DNA of 64,000 bases from Rebecca billardiae RCC1528. Its lineage: Eukaryota > Protista > Haptophyta. The stretch lies in the NCBI GenBank assembly GCA_965240325.2, contig OZ251223.1:124001-188000 (forward strand). The letters run 5' to 3'. The notes below the pieces were generated by a model. It did not search any database. It was not told the origin of the DNA and worked only from the letters and a program-made list of their open reading frames with translations. Positions 49,176 to 59,319 of the stretch are shown here, piece after piece; within the stretch, counting starts at the first letter, position 1, and every line of letters begins with the position of its first letter. The position numbers and the translations under genes were made by a program.

Positions 49176-50951
49176 ATGTGTCATCTGTTGCACTCTGAGC
49201 CTGACACTTGTCCGATGAGACTGCCACGTCGTTAAATACATATATATATATATATATGGCGGGCCGTAGGTCCGCCCCTTGTAGTGCCCGGGAAAAAGAT
49301 AAGGAAATAAAGTAAAAGAATAAAGAAAATCGCCTCGCAAAGAAAAGAAAATCGCGTCGCTCACTACCGGGCGCCCTCGCAGCGCTCTCCCACTGGCCCC
49401 GGACGCTCGGCCGAAAAAGGGTTCCTGGATGGCGCGGAGCGCGTGGGTGCCGCGCGCCAAATCCAACGCCGGCGCGGACATCACGAGAGGACTCCCGAGG
49501 GGTGTTTTCGCCCGCTTCGCGATTGATGCCCTCGTCGTCTCGCGTGCAGGTCGAACGGGGGCCAAAGTCGACGCGTTTGGAGGTACGCTCGGCACGTCGA
49601 CACGATCGTGCGACCTGGGGCGGTCCTCGCCCGACTTGCACGTCGAGCGCTCGCACGGGCCATAGCATCAAGCGCTGCGCTCGACAACCACCTCGCGCGA
49701 TCCACCGCCGCGCGTCGAGCTCGGTGCGGAAAGGCCCTCCTCACGAGGTGTCTCGCGGGCGGGAAGCGCCATCGCACGCGACGCAAGATTTGGCGCAGCC
49801 TTCTGAACTCGATCGCCGGAATCGCACCGGTCTATCGCTTGCGTCCCAGCAGCCGAAGCCCACGTCCGGCGTGCATGGCGTCGACGGTGACCAATGCGAC
49901 GGAAGCGCAGCGCCAACGGCTACGACGCGCAGCGGACGCACCTCCCGGGTCTGTCGCCGTGGCAGCAACCGTGTCTTCGCGAGTTGGCGACCCTCGCCGC
50001 AGCGCGACACAGACAAGCCCGTGATGCCATCCGCAGAGATGAAACGTCGAGCATGCAACATGGTCACGCCATCCTCGTCCATGGCGCAGGCGCTGCGGGA
50101 CGAGGCGGACGTCGTCACGCCGCTGACGGATGCGCTGCGATTCGTGTGCCTGCGAGAGCAGCTCGTGCCCACTCTCGATCGCGAGTGGCACACGCTGTCG
50201 CTGTGCGCGCGCGCGCGCACAACCAACAGCTCCTCGTGCCGCCAAACACGCGGGCGCCAGACCTGTCGAAGAGGCGAAGAGCGACGACCGCGTGAACGTC
50301 AACGCGCTCGTGCTCAGCGTGGCGGCCGTGTACGATGCCAACGCGACCTGCGCCGAGCCCATCATGCCCGGAGCGGACATCGGCAAGCGTCCTCGCGACG
50401 ACCGCTCTCGGCTGGCGGCAGGAGGACATGCACACGATCTACTCTGGCGGCTTCGTCGGCGGCGAGGCGCTCGATTACGCCATCGCGGTCGAGATGCGGC
50501 ACATACAGCGCGTACCTGCGCTCGCGCGGAGCATCGGGCTACCCGCCCCGCCCCGCGTGCTGCACATTCCCTCGTGGGTGTGGGCCTCGCTGATGATGCG
50601 CACGCCAGACGTGTACACGTGTGACGTGAGTGGGAGAACTTCACAGGTGTCACTGGTCCGAAACCTGTCCGGCACCCACGGCCACGAGCGAATGCTGTGG
50701 AAAGACGCGAACCCGCAGAGGAAACATTGCGACAGCACTGGCACGGCCCGCCGCCCCCCCGGCCCGCCAGGGCACAGTTTATATTTTTATATATATATAT
50801 ATACTATATAAGAATATATATATGAATCTAATATATATATATTAGATTCATATATATATATATATATATATATTAACGACGTGGTATGTATATATATTTA
50901 ACGACGTGGCAGCATCGGACAAGCGTCAGGCTCAGAGTGCAACAGACACAT
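49176..50951. mobile_element. Putative non-autonomous DNA element: ~60-bp inverted repeats, each with a (TA)n tract on its inner side, enclosing a decayed ORF
   Basis: 49176-49237 (atgtgtcatctgttgcactctgagcctgacacttgtccgatgagactgccacgtcgttaaata) is the reverse complement of 50894-50951 apart from two 3-bp indels and 1 substitution. No target-site duplication found. Confidence 0.6.
50023..50740 (+). pseudogene. Frameshifted coding relic, with a weak Ulp1/SENP-like segment at ~50419-50595
   Basis: Protein-like segments occur in three successive frames. EDMHTIYSGGFVGGEALDYAI...RVLHIPSWVWASL resembles the start of a C48 peptidase domain. Confidence 0.3.
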
Positions 50952-51831
50952 AGAAATATATGATGAATGATGAATAAGTATACGCAAACTTGTAGTTGTA
51001 CTACGTGTCTCGGGCTGTCGATCCGTCTTCGTCAGTCACGCCGTGACGAGCGCACCATGGCGGCAGCTCTCTCGCCGCGTGGCGCACGGTCAGGGAGCAT
51101 CCGCGTCTGCGCAGACACACGGCTCGCCCGCAAGTGTGCTGTGTCGCGCACGCGCGCGCTCGCGCGGCCGGCCATCGCGCACAGACCTGACTGGTCTCAC
51201 ATGCACCAGCATGGTCGTGCACGCACAGCGCCGCTCCGCGCACGCAATAAATTCGAGCGTGGTGCGCATGCACGTACACTCTGTGTCCCTGGTCCACACA
51301 CAGCGTGTGAGCTCGTGCTTTGACCACGTGCAGGCGCACCACAGACTTTCGCGCAGCTGCCGCGCCGGGCAGTGCCAGCGGCTCGACAGGCTCAGCTCGT
51401 GGGCAGCGCTCGCTCGATTGCACTGCTCCTGCCGCGCAGGGTGCCCAGCTTGCTGCGCTCGGTGTGCACTGGCGCGTTCGGACGGCACCCCGCGTACGCC
51501 TCGGGCCACGCGTGGGAGCCTAGCTCCACGCACGGAGGACTCGCAGGCGCAGGCCGGCGGCTGCCTCACACGGCTTGGTCGGGAGGCCGCCGCTCGGCTA
51601 CCGTCGAGCTCGCCGATCAGCTGCACCGCCTGTACTTTCGTATAAGCGCAGCACGCTAGCTACCGCCGCCTCGCGCACGACACGGCAAGGCTGAACATTC
51701 ATGACTGTGGGCGGGCATCAGCCCCAAGTACGCAGCCATCAGCACCACGGCCTTCACCTTCAGTAGCGCTGACGATAGAGCCGCCGCTTGATATTGTCGC
51801 TTAAACTTGAGGGCCACTATATATATAATGA

Positions 51832-54800
51832 TCAGTCGGCGTCATGGATCGATGACGACGCGGCGCTCTCACCGTCAGCCGGCGGCACGGGGCAGCTCGT
51901 CATCGCCATCGCCGCCGCCGCTAGCGACGGCAGCGTCGCCCCATCCCACGGTCCGACGCTGCCGCCGGCACTGCCGCCGGGCGGCACGGCCGCGCAGCTG
52001 TCGGCCGCGGCGCTGCTGCCCTGCGCCTCGGCGGCGCCGCCGCCAGCGCGCTGCCCGGCGGCTGCGCGCTGCGGCGGCTGTGCCTGTGTCGTGAAGCGGT
52101 TGAACTCGTAAGCCTCGGACCAGAGGAGGCCGCCTGCGTCCGCGCCCGCGCCGTGGACGATGTACTGACGCCAGTCGCCCGCGATGAAGCCCTCGCCCTG
52201 GGGCACACCGCGCGGCGGCTGCGCGTGCTCGCCCCCGTCCGGCGTGGCCGCGGCCGCCTCCTCCTGCTGGGCGCCGCCGACGCCCGGCGCGCCGCCGGGC
52301 GCGCGTGCGCCGCGCGGCGCGTCGCACGCGCGCTGTCCGAGCAGCCCGTGGGCCTCGTCCGCGGCGCACGCGCGCTCGAAGCTGAAGCTCAGGTCGATGT
52401 AGCCGAACGTGGTGCGCAGCGGCGCGCGCCCGCCGTAGATGAGCACGCGGTTGAGCACCAGCTCGCACGGCTCGGGCTCGTCCTCGGTCGCGCCGCCGCG
52501 CCGGGGCTCGGCACCGCTGCCGCCGCCGCCACCCGTCTGCGCGGGGCGCTCAGGCGGCCCGTTGGTGCGGTGCGTGGCGGCCGTGCGCTCGCAGCGCTCC
52601 AGGCGGCGCGCGAGCATGCGCGGCAGCGCGCCGAGCACGTGTTGCCGGGTGAGCTCGAGCGAGCAGTTGCACTCGACGCCGCGCACGCGCAGCCGGCGCA
52701 GCCGCGTGTCCACGTCCGTCGCGCCGCGCGGCACGAGGGCCTTCCCGGCGTGGGCGGGCAGCTGCACGTCTGTCCACGCGCACGCGGCCGAGTTCTCGTC
52801 ACACGAGTACCGCTCGTGCTGCAGCTCGGCGAGCAGCGCGCCGTCCGGGCCGTGCACGCGCGTGCGCCCGAGCGGCACGGGCTCGCCGTCGAGCGTCGGC
52901 GGGCGGGAGCGGTCGACGGGCAGCAGCACGCGGTGGCGCGCCGCGGCGCCCCCGGCGCTGCCGTGCGGCTGCTGCGCGGGGGCGCCGCCGCTGCTCAGCG
53001 CGACGCCGATGTCGCCGAGCACCGTGTGCGTGAGGTCGTGCACGGCAAAGACGTCGGGGACGTCCGCGAAGCGCGCGTGCAGCTGCAGCCCGCGCGTCGA
53101 GATCAAGTTGAACACCTGGCCGCCCTCGCCGGACACTTCGTACCGGACTCCGTCGCTGCCGGTGAAGAGCGGGTCGTCACCGGCGGTGGACGGCGGCGGC
53201 GGGCTTGGCGGGTCAGGGGGCGGCGAGGGCGGGCTGGGCGGGGAGGGCGGAGGGCTGGGTGGAGAGGGCGGCGGCGGCGGCGACGGCGGTGGGCTTGGTG
53301 GCGGCGAGGGCGGCGGGCTCGGCGGCGGGCTTGGCGGCGGGCTCGGCGGCGGTGGGCTGGGTGGCGGACTCGGCGGAGGCGAGGGCGGCGGGCTCGGCGG
53401 CGGGCTCGGCGGCGGGCTCGGCGGCGGCGATGGCGGCGGGCTCGGCGGCGGGCTCGGTGGCGGCGATGGCGGCGGGCTCGGCGGCGGGCTCGGCGGCGGG
53501 CTCGGCGGCGGGCTCGGCGGCGGGCTTGGCGGCGGGCTCGGAGGCGGCGGGCTGGGCGGCGGGCTGGGTGGCGGGCTCGGCGGGGGTGAAGGCGGCGGGC
53601 TGGGCGGCGGGCTCGGCGGCGGCGACGGCGGCGGGCTCGGCGGCGGTGGCGGGCTGGGCGGCGGGCTCGGCGGAGGCGAAGGCGGCGGGCTCGGCGGCGG
53701 GCTCGGCGGCGGGCTCGGCGGGGGCGAAGGCGGCGGGCTCGGCGGCGGGCTCGGCGGCGGGCTCGGCGGCGGGCTCGGCGGAGGTGGCGGGCTCGGTGGT
53801 GGGCTGGGCGGCGGGCTGGGCGGCGGGCTGGGCGGCGGGCTGGGCGGCGGGCTGGGCGGCGGGCTCGGCGGCGGGCTCGGAGGCGGCGGGCTCGGTGGTG
53901 GGCTCGGCGGCGGGCTCGGCGGCGGCGAAGGCGGCGGGCTCGGCGGCGGGCTCGGCGGCGGGCTCGGCGGCGGCGATGGCGGCGGACTCGGCGGCGGGCT
54001 CGGTGGCGGGCTCGGCGGCGGGCTCGGCGGCGGGCTCGGCGGCGGGCTGGGCGGCGGGCTGGGCGGCGGGCTCGGAGGCGGCGGGCTCGGTGGTGGGCTC
54101 GGCGGGGGCGAAGGCGGCGGGCTCGGCGGCGGGCTGGGCGGCGGGCTCGGCGGTGGCGATGGCGGCGGACTCGGCGGCGGGCTGGGCGGCGGGCTGGGCG
54201 GCGAGCTGGGCGGCGGGCTGGGCGGCGGGCTCGGAGGCGGCGGGCTGGGCGGTGGGCTCGGCGGCGGGCTCGGCGGGGGCGAAGGCGGCGGGCTCGGCGG
54301 CGGGCTCGGCGGCGGGCTGGGCGGCGGGCTCGGCGGCGGTGGCGGACTTGGCGGCGGGCTCGGCGGAGGCGAAGGCGGCGGACTCGGCGGCGGCGACGGC
54401 GGCGGGCTCGGCGGGGGCGAAGGCGGCGGGCTCGGCGGCGGCGAAGGCGGCGGGCTCGGCGGCGGCGATGGCGGCGGACTCGGCGGCGGGCTCGGTGGCG
54501 GGCTGGGCGGCGGGCTCGGAGGCGGCGGGCTCGGCGGCGGGCTCGGGGGCGGGCTCGGCGGCGGCGAAGGCGGCGGGCTGGGCGGCGGGCTCGGCGGCGG
54601 GCTCGGCGGCGGCGATGGCGGCGGGCTCGGCGGCGGGCTCGGCGGCGGGCTCGGCGGCGGGCTCGGAGGCGGCGGGCTGGGCGGCGGGCTGGGTGGCGGG
54701 CTCGGCGGGGGTGAAGGCGGCGGGCTGGGCGGCGGGCTCGGCGGCGGCGATGGCGGCGGGCTCGGCGGCGGTGGCGGGCTCGGCGGCGGGCTCGGCGGAG

Positions 54801-57800
54801 GCGAAGGCGGCGGGCTCGGCGGCGGGCTCGGCGGCGGGCTCGGCGGGGGCGACGGCGGCGGGCTGGGCGGCGGGCTGGGCGGCGGGCTCGGCGGCGGGCT
54901 CGGCGGAGGTGGCGGGCTCGGTGGCGGGCTCGGCGGCGGACTGGGCGGCGGGCTTGGGGGCGGGCTGGGCGGCGGGCTGGGCGGCGGGCTGGGCGGCGGG
55001 CTCGGAGGCGGCGGGCTCGGCGGTGGGCTCGGCGGCGGGCTCGGCGGGGGCGAAGGCGGCGGGCTCGGCGGCGGAAGCGGCGGCAGGCTCGGCGGCGGCG
55101 ATGGCGGCGGACTCGGCGGCGGGCTCGGTGGCGGCGATGGCGGCGGGCTCGGTGGCGGCGGCGGGCTCGGCGGCGGGCTCGGCGGTGGGCTGGGCGGCGG
55201 GCTGGGCGGCGGGCTGGGCGGCGGGCTGGGCGGCGGTGAAGGCGGCGGGCTCGGCGGCGGGCTCGGCGGCGGGCTCGGCGGAGGGCTCGGCGGCGGGGGC
55301 GGGCTGGGCGGCGGGCTCGGCGGAGGCGAGGGCGGCGGGCTCGGCGGTGGGGTCGGCGGTGGGCTCGGCGGCGGCGAAGGCGGCGGGCTCGGCGGCGGGC
55401 TCGGCGGCGGCGAAGGCGGCGGGCTCGGCGGCGGGCTCGGCGGTGGCGGGCTGGGCGGCGGCGACGGGGGTGGCGGGCTGGGCGGCGGGCTTGGCGGCGG
55501 GCTGGGAGGCGGGCTGGGCGGCGGGCTCGGGGGCGGGCTCGGCGGCGGGCTGGGCGGAGGCGAAGGCGGAGGGCTCGGCGGCGGGCTGGGCGGCGGCGGG
55601 CTGGGCGGTGGGGACGGGGGTGGCGGGCTGGGCGGCGGGCTGGGCGGCGGGCTGGGCGGCGGGCTGGGCGGTGGGGACGGCGGCGGGCTCGGGGGTGGCG
55701 GGCTTGGTGGCGGCGCAGGCGGCGGGCTTGGCGGCGGGCTTGGCGGCGGGCTTGGAGGTGGCGGCGGGCTCGGGGGCGGCGATGGTGGCGGGCTGGGCGG
55801 CGGGCTTGGCGGTGGGCTCGGCGGTGGCGACGGCGGCGGGCTCGGAGGCGGCGGCGGGCTGGGAGGCGGGCTGGGCGGTGGGGACGGCGGCGGGCTCGGG
55901 GGTGGCGGGCTGGGCGGCGGGCTCGGCGGTGGGCTCGGCGGCGGGCTCGGCGGCGGGCTTGGCGGGGGTGACGGAGGCGGCGGGCTCGGCGGCGGGCTCG
56001 GCGGTGGCGGGCTCGGCGGCGGCGATGGCGGCGGGCTCGGCGGCGGGCTCGGCGGTGGGCTCGGCGGCGGGCTCGGCGGCGGGCTCGGAGGCGGCGGGCT
56101 GGGCGGCGGGCTGGGGGGCGGGCTGGGCGGTGGGGACGGCGGCGGGCTTGGGGGCGGCGGGCTCGGAGGTGGCGACGGCGGCGGCGGCGATGGCGGGGGT
56201 GACGGCGGTGGCGGTGACGGTGGTGGTGACGGTGGCGGTGGCGATGGCGGCGGCGACGGCGGTGGTGGTGACGGTGGCGGCGACGGTGGTGGTGACGGCG
56301 GCGGTGGCGATGGTGGCGGCGATGGCGGCGGTGACGGCGGCGGGCTCGGTGGCGGTGACGGTGGAGGTGGTGGGCTCGGCGGCGGGCTCGGCGGCGGGCT
56401 CGGCGGCGGGCTTGGCGGGGGTGACGGAGGCGGCGGGCTCGGCGGCGGGCTCGGCGGCGGCGGGCTCGGCGGCGGCGATGGCGGCGGGCTCGGCGGCGGG
56501 CTCGGCGGTGGGCTCGGCGGCGGGCTCGGCGGCGGGCTCGGCGGCGGCGGGCTGGGCGGCGGGCTGGGAGGCGGGCTGGGCGGTGGGGACGGCGGCGGGC
56601 TCGGTGGCGGCGGGCTCGGAGGTGGCGACGGCGGCGGCGATGGCGGCGGTGACGGTGGCGGGCTCGGTGGTGGCGACGGCGGCGGTGGGGGGCTCGGCGG
56701 CGGGCTCGGCGGCGGCGACGGTGGTGGCGACGGCGGCGGCGGCGACGGTGGTGGCGACGGCGGCGGCGGCGAGGGCGGCGGCAAGGGCGGCGGTGGTGAC
56801 GGTGGTGGCGACGGCGGCGGCGGCGAGGGCGGTGGTGATGGCGGCGGCGGTGACGGCGGTGGTGACGGTGGTGGCGAGGGCGGCGGCGGCGAGGGCGGTG
56901 GCAAGGGCGGTGGTGGCGACGGCGGCGGCGACGGCGGTGGCGGTGACGGTGGCGGTGACGGTGGTGGTGACGGTGGCGGCGGCGATGGTGGCGGCGATGG
57001 CGGCGGTGACGGCGGCGGGCTCGGCGGCGGTGACGGCGGAGGCGGCGGGCTCGGCGGCGGGCTCGGCGGCGGCGGGCTCGGAGGTGGAACGGGCGGCGGC
57101 GGCGATGGCGGCGGTGACGGCGGTGGCGGCGACGGCGGAGGCGACGGCGGCGGCGGCGACGGTGGTGGCAACGGCGGCGGCGGCGAGGGCGGCGGCAAGG
57201 GCGGCGGTGGTGACGGTGGAGGCGACGGTGGCGGCGGCGAGGGCGGTGGCGATGGCGGCGGCGGTGACGGCGGCGGCGACGGCGGTGGCGGTGACGGTGG
57301 CGGCGAAGGCGGCTGGCTCGGCGGGGGGGATGGCGGAGGGAAGGGAGGTGGACTGGGCGGGGGTAACGGGGGCGGCGCCGGCGGCAGCGATGGCGGTGGG
57401 CTCGGTGGCGGGCTCGGCGTTGGCGGTGGAGAGGGTTCTGGCAGGCCGTCAAGCGAGATCACGTACGCCCTTCCTCCATCGTCGTTTCCCCGGTAAGCGC
57501 CCACGAACAGCTCAGGGGAACCGTCTCCAGAGAGGTCACCTAGCGCAGCGACGCCGTGGCCAAATTCGCTTAAGAGCGTGAGCTCGGCACTCAGGCTCGG
57601 GGTCTCGTGACCGATCTTGCGCTGCGAGCGCACAGTGCCGTCTCGCTGCATGTACAGCACGTACACGGCTGCAGAGATGCCGCGAGTTGCCTCGCCGACG
57701 AGCGCGTCCGGAATCCCGTCGGCGTCGAGGTCTCCTGCACCCGCGCAGCCAATGCCAAACCAGCCGTCATAATCAAGCGCGTTGAGAACAATCCCGCCTT

Positions 57801-59319
57801 CCACGCGCGAGAGCCTCACGTAAGACTTCACCGTCCCGTTGCGGTTCAGGAAGAGCACGTACGCTGCGCCACGACGAGACCCGCCTATGTTCGAGTACGG
57901 CGCGCCCACGATTGCGTCTGGCACGCCGTCATCGTCCAGGTCGCCGAGGCCACCAATGCTGTAGCCGAACCGCCCACCACTGGCCAGAATGTCGGGTAGT
58001 CCGCCCACGCCAGATGCGATCTGTGCCTCTCCCTTGACGGTGCCATTGGCGTGGAGGAAGAGCACCCACGCCTCGCCGCGGTTGTTGTAGCGGGTATAGG
58101 CGCCGACCATCACGTCTGTGACGTTGTCGCCATCCACGTCACCCAGCGATGCGAGAGCGGCGCCTATCCAGGCGACGTCCTCCACCCCGTGCGTGATGCC
58201 GAGCGTGGACGTGGAGATCTCGACGTAGGATTTGGTCGTGCCGGCCGGCGTGAGGAAGATGAACCAGCACGCTCCCCTCCGAAGGCACACGCCAATGTCA
58301 GTGACGTTGTCGCCGTCTAGATCACCGAGGGACGTGAGGCCGTAGCCGAAGTAGCTCAAGTACCCGTAGGAGGCATCGAAACCAGGGGACCCCTCACCGA
58401 CCATGTACTCGTCCTTGACGGTGCCGTCAGCGTTGAGGAGGAGGATGAAGACAGAGCCGTCGCCTCCTCCTCCACCATACGCCATATTCGGGGCCGAGAG
58501 GAGAGCATCAGGGATTCCGTCGCCGTCGAAGTCTCCGAGTGCCGCCGTGCGCATTGCAAATATTATGTTGGCGCTCGCGACCGGTGTGCTCAGCCCACCC
58601 TGGCCGTTTGAGATTCTGGTGTAGGCCAGTACCATGTCTGGTGGCGGCGGCGGCAGCGGCGGGCTCGGCGGCGGGTTCGGCGGTGGAAGGGGCGGCGGCG
58701 GCGATGGCGGCGGTGACGGCGGTGGCGGTGACGGCGGTGGGCTCGGCGGGCCGGGCGGGCTGGGCGGCGGGCTGGGCGGCGGGCTCGGCGGCGGCGGGCT
58801 CGGAGGCGGAAGGGGCGGCGGCGGCGACGGCGGCGGCGACGGCGGTGGTGGCGATGGTGGCGGCGATGGCGGCGGGCTCGGCGGCGGCGATGGCGGCGGG
58901 CTCGGCGGCGGGCTCGGCGGCGGGCTCGGCGGCGGGCTCGGCGGCGGGCTCGGCGGCGGTGGGCTCGGCGGCGGGGCCGGTGGCGGTGGGCTCGGCGGCG
59001 GGCTCGGCGGAGGTGGCGGGCTCGGCGGCGGGCTCGGCGGCGGAGGGCTCGGCGGCGGGGCCGGTGGCGGTGGGCTCGGCGGCGGGCTCGGCGGAGGTGG
59101 CGGGCTCGGCGGCGGGCTCGGCGGCGGTGGGCTCGGCGGCGGGGCCGGCGGCGGTGGGCTCGGCGGCGGGCTCGGCGGCGGAGCTGGCGGCGGCGGACTT
59201 GGCGGTGGATTCGGCGGCGGCGGACTTGGCGGTGGATTCGGCGGCGCCGACGGCACCTGGCCGTTGCCGAAGGTCAAGATCGCGAGCACCGTCACGAGAT
59301 GCACGTGCGCTGTCCGCAT
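51832..59319 (-). CDS. Giant secreted extensin-like protein (2495 aa): signal peptide, SP3 rod, FG-GAP beta-propeller, ~1400-aa (SPPP)n rod, vWD-like GDDP domain
   Basis: Leader MRTAHVHLVTVLAILTFGNG. Six FG-GAP repeats (e.g. RFGYSIGGLGDLDDDGVPDAIVGAP) at ~57440-58630. C-terminal domain starts AGDDPLFTGSDGVRYEVSGEGGQVFNLIS and contains HGLLGQ. Confidence 0.85.
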   Translation of the reverse strand: MRTAHVHLVTVLAILTFGNGQVPSAPPNPPPSPPPPNPPPSPPPPAPPPSPPPSPPPPAPPPSPPPPSPPPSPPPPPSPPPSPPPPAPPPSPPPPSPPPSPPPPPSPPPSPPPPAPPPSPPPPSPPPSPPPSPPPSPPPSPPPSPPPSPPPSPPPSPPPPSPPPSPPPPLPPPSPPPPSPPPSPPPSPPGPPSPPPSPPPPSPPPSPPPPLPPPNPPPSPPLPPPPPDMVLAYTRISNGQGGLSTPVASANIIFAMRTAALGDFDGDGIPDALLSAPNMAYGGGGGDGSVFILLLNADGTVKDEYMVGEGSPGFDASYGYLSYFGYGLTSLGDLDGDNVTDIGVCLRRGACWFIFLTPAGTTKSYVEISTSTLGITHGVEDVAWIGAALASLGDVDGDNVTDVMVGAYTRYNNRGEAWVLFLHANGTVKGEAQIASGVGGLPDILASGGRFGYSIGGLGDLDDDGVPDAIVGAPYSNIGGSRRGAAYVLFLNRNGTVKSYVRLSRVEGGIVLNALDYDGWFGIGCAGAGDLDADGIPDALVGEATRGISAAVYVLYMQRDGTVRSQRKIGHETPSLSAELTLLSEFGHGVAALGDLSGDGSPELFVGAYRGNDDGGRAYVISLDGLPEPSPPPTPSPPPSPPPSLPPAPPPLPPPSPPPFPPPSPPPSQPPSPPPSPPPPSPPPSPPPPSPPPSPPPPSPPPSPPPPLPPPSPPPPLPPPSPPPPSPPPSPPPPSPPPSPPPPVPPPSPPPPSPPPSPPPPPSPPPSPPPSPPPSPPPSPPPPSPPPSPPPSPPPPSPPPSPPPPLPPPSPPPPSPPPSPPPSPPPPSPPPSPPPPSPPPSPPPPLPPPSPPPPSPPPSPPPPSPPPSPPPSPPPSPPPPPSPPPSPPPSPPPSPPPSPPPSPPPPSPPPSPPPSPPPSPPPSPPPPSPPPSPPPSPPPSPPPSPPPSPPPSPPPPSPPPSPPPPSPPPSPPPSPPPSPPPSPPPPPSPPPSPPPSPPPSPPPSPPPPSPPPSPPPSPPPPSPPPSPPPPSPPPSPPPPSPPPSPPPPSPPPSPPPPSPPPSPPPSPPPSPPPSPPPPSPPPSPPPSPPPSPPPSPPPSPPPSPPPPSPPPSPPPPSPPPSPPPSPPPSPPPSPPPSPPPPSPPPSPPPSPPPSPPPPPSPPPSPPPSPPPSPPPSPPPSPPPSPPPPPSPPPSPPPSPPPAPPPSPPPPSPPPSPPPSPPPSPPPSPPPSPPPPSPPPSPPPPSPPPSPPPSPPPSPPPSPPPSPPPSPPPSPPPSPPPSPPPPSPPPSPPPPSPPPSPPPSPPPSPPPSPPPSPPPSPPPTPPPSPPPSPPPSPPPSPPPPPSPPPSPPPSPPPSPPPSPPPSPPPSPPPSPPPSPPPSPPPSPPPPPSPPPSPPPSPPPSPPPSPPPSLPPLPPPSPPPSPPPSPPPSPPPSPPPPSPPPSPPPSPPPSPPPSPPPSPPPSPPPSPPPPPSPPPSPPPSPPPSPPPSPPPSPPPSPPPSPPPSPPPSPPPSPPPPPSPPPSPPPSPPPSPPPSPPPSPPPSPPPSPPPPSPPPSPPPSPPPSPPPSPPPSPPPSPPPSPPPSPPPSPPPSPPPSPPPPSPPPSPPPSPPPSPPPSPPPSPPPSPPPSPPPSPPPSPPPSPPPSPPPSPPPSPPPSPPPPPSPPPSPPPSPPPSPPPSPPPSPPPSPPPSPPPPSPPPSPPPSSPPSPPPSPPPSPPPSPPPSPPPSPPPSPPPSPPPSPPPSPPPPSPPPSPPPSPPPSPPPSPPPSPPPSPPPSPPPSPPPSPPPSPPPSPPPSPPPSPPPSPPPSPPPPSPPPSPPPSPPPSPPPSPPPSPPPSPPPSPPPPPSPPPSPPPSPPPSPPPSPPPSPPPSPPPSPPPSPPPSPPPSPPPPPSPPPSPPPSPPPSPPPSPPPSPPPSPPPSPPPPSPPPSPPPSPPPSPPPSPPPSPPPSPPPSPPPSPPPSPPPSPPPSPPPSPPPSPPPSPPPSPPPPSPPPSPPPSPPPSPPPSPPPSPPPPPSPPSPPPSPPSPPSPPPDPPSPPPPSTAGDDPLFTGSDGVRYEVSGEGGQVFNLISTRGLQLHARFADVPDVFAVHDLTHTVLGDIGVALSSGGAPAQQPHGSAGGAAARHRVLLPVDRSRPPTLDGEPVPLGRTRVHGPDGALLAELQHERYSCDENSAACAWTDVQLPAHAGKALVPRGATDVDTRLRRLRVRGVECNCSLELTRQHVLGALPRMLARRLERCERTAATHRTNGPPERPAQTGGGGGSGAEPRRGGATEDEPEPCELVLNRVLIYGGRAPLRTTFGYIDLSFSFERACAADEAHGLLGQRACDAPRGARAPGGAPGVGGAQQEEAAAATPDGGEHAQPPRGVPQGEGFIAGDWRQYIVHGAGADAGGLLWSEAYEFNRFTTQAQPPQRAAAGQRAGGGAAEAQGSSAAADSCAAVPPGGSAGGSVGPWDGATLPSLAAAAMAMTSCPVPPADGESAASSSIHDAD
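53190..57430 (-). repeat. Coding minisatellite, 12/15-bp units (ggcggcgggctc variants) encoding SPPP/SPPPP
   Basis: Directly visible, with higher-order block duplications. Confidence 0.97.
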
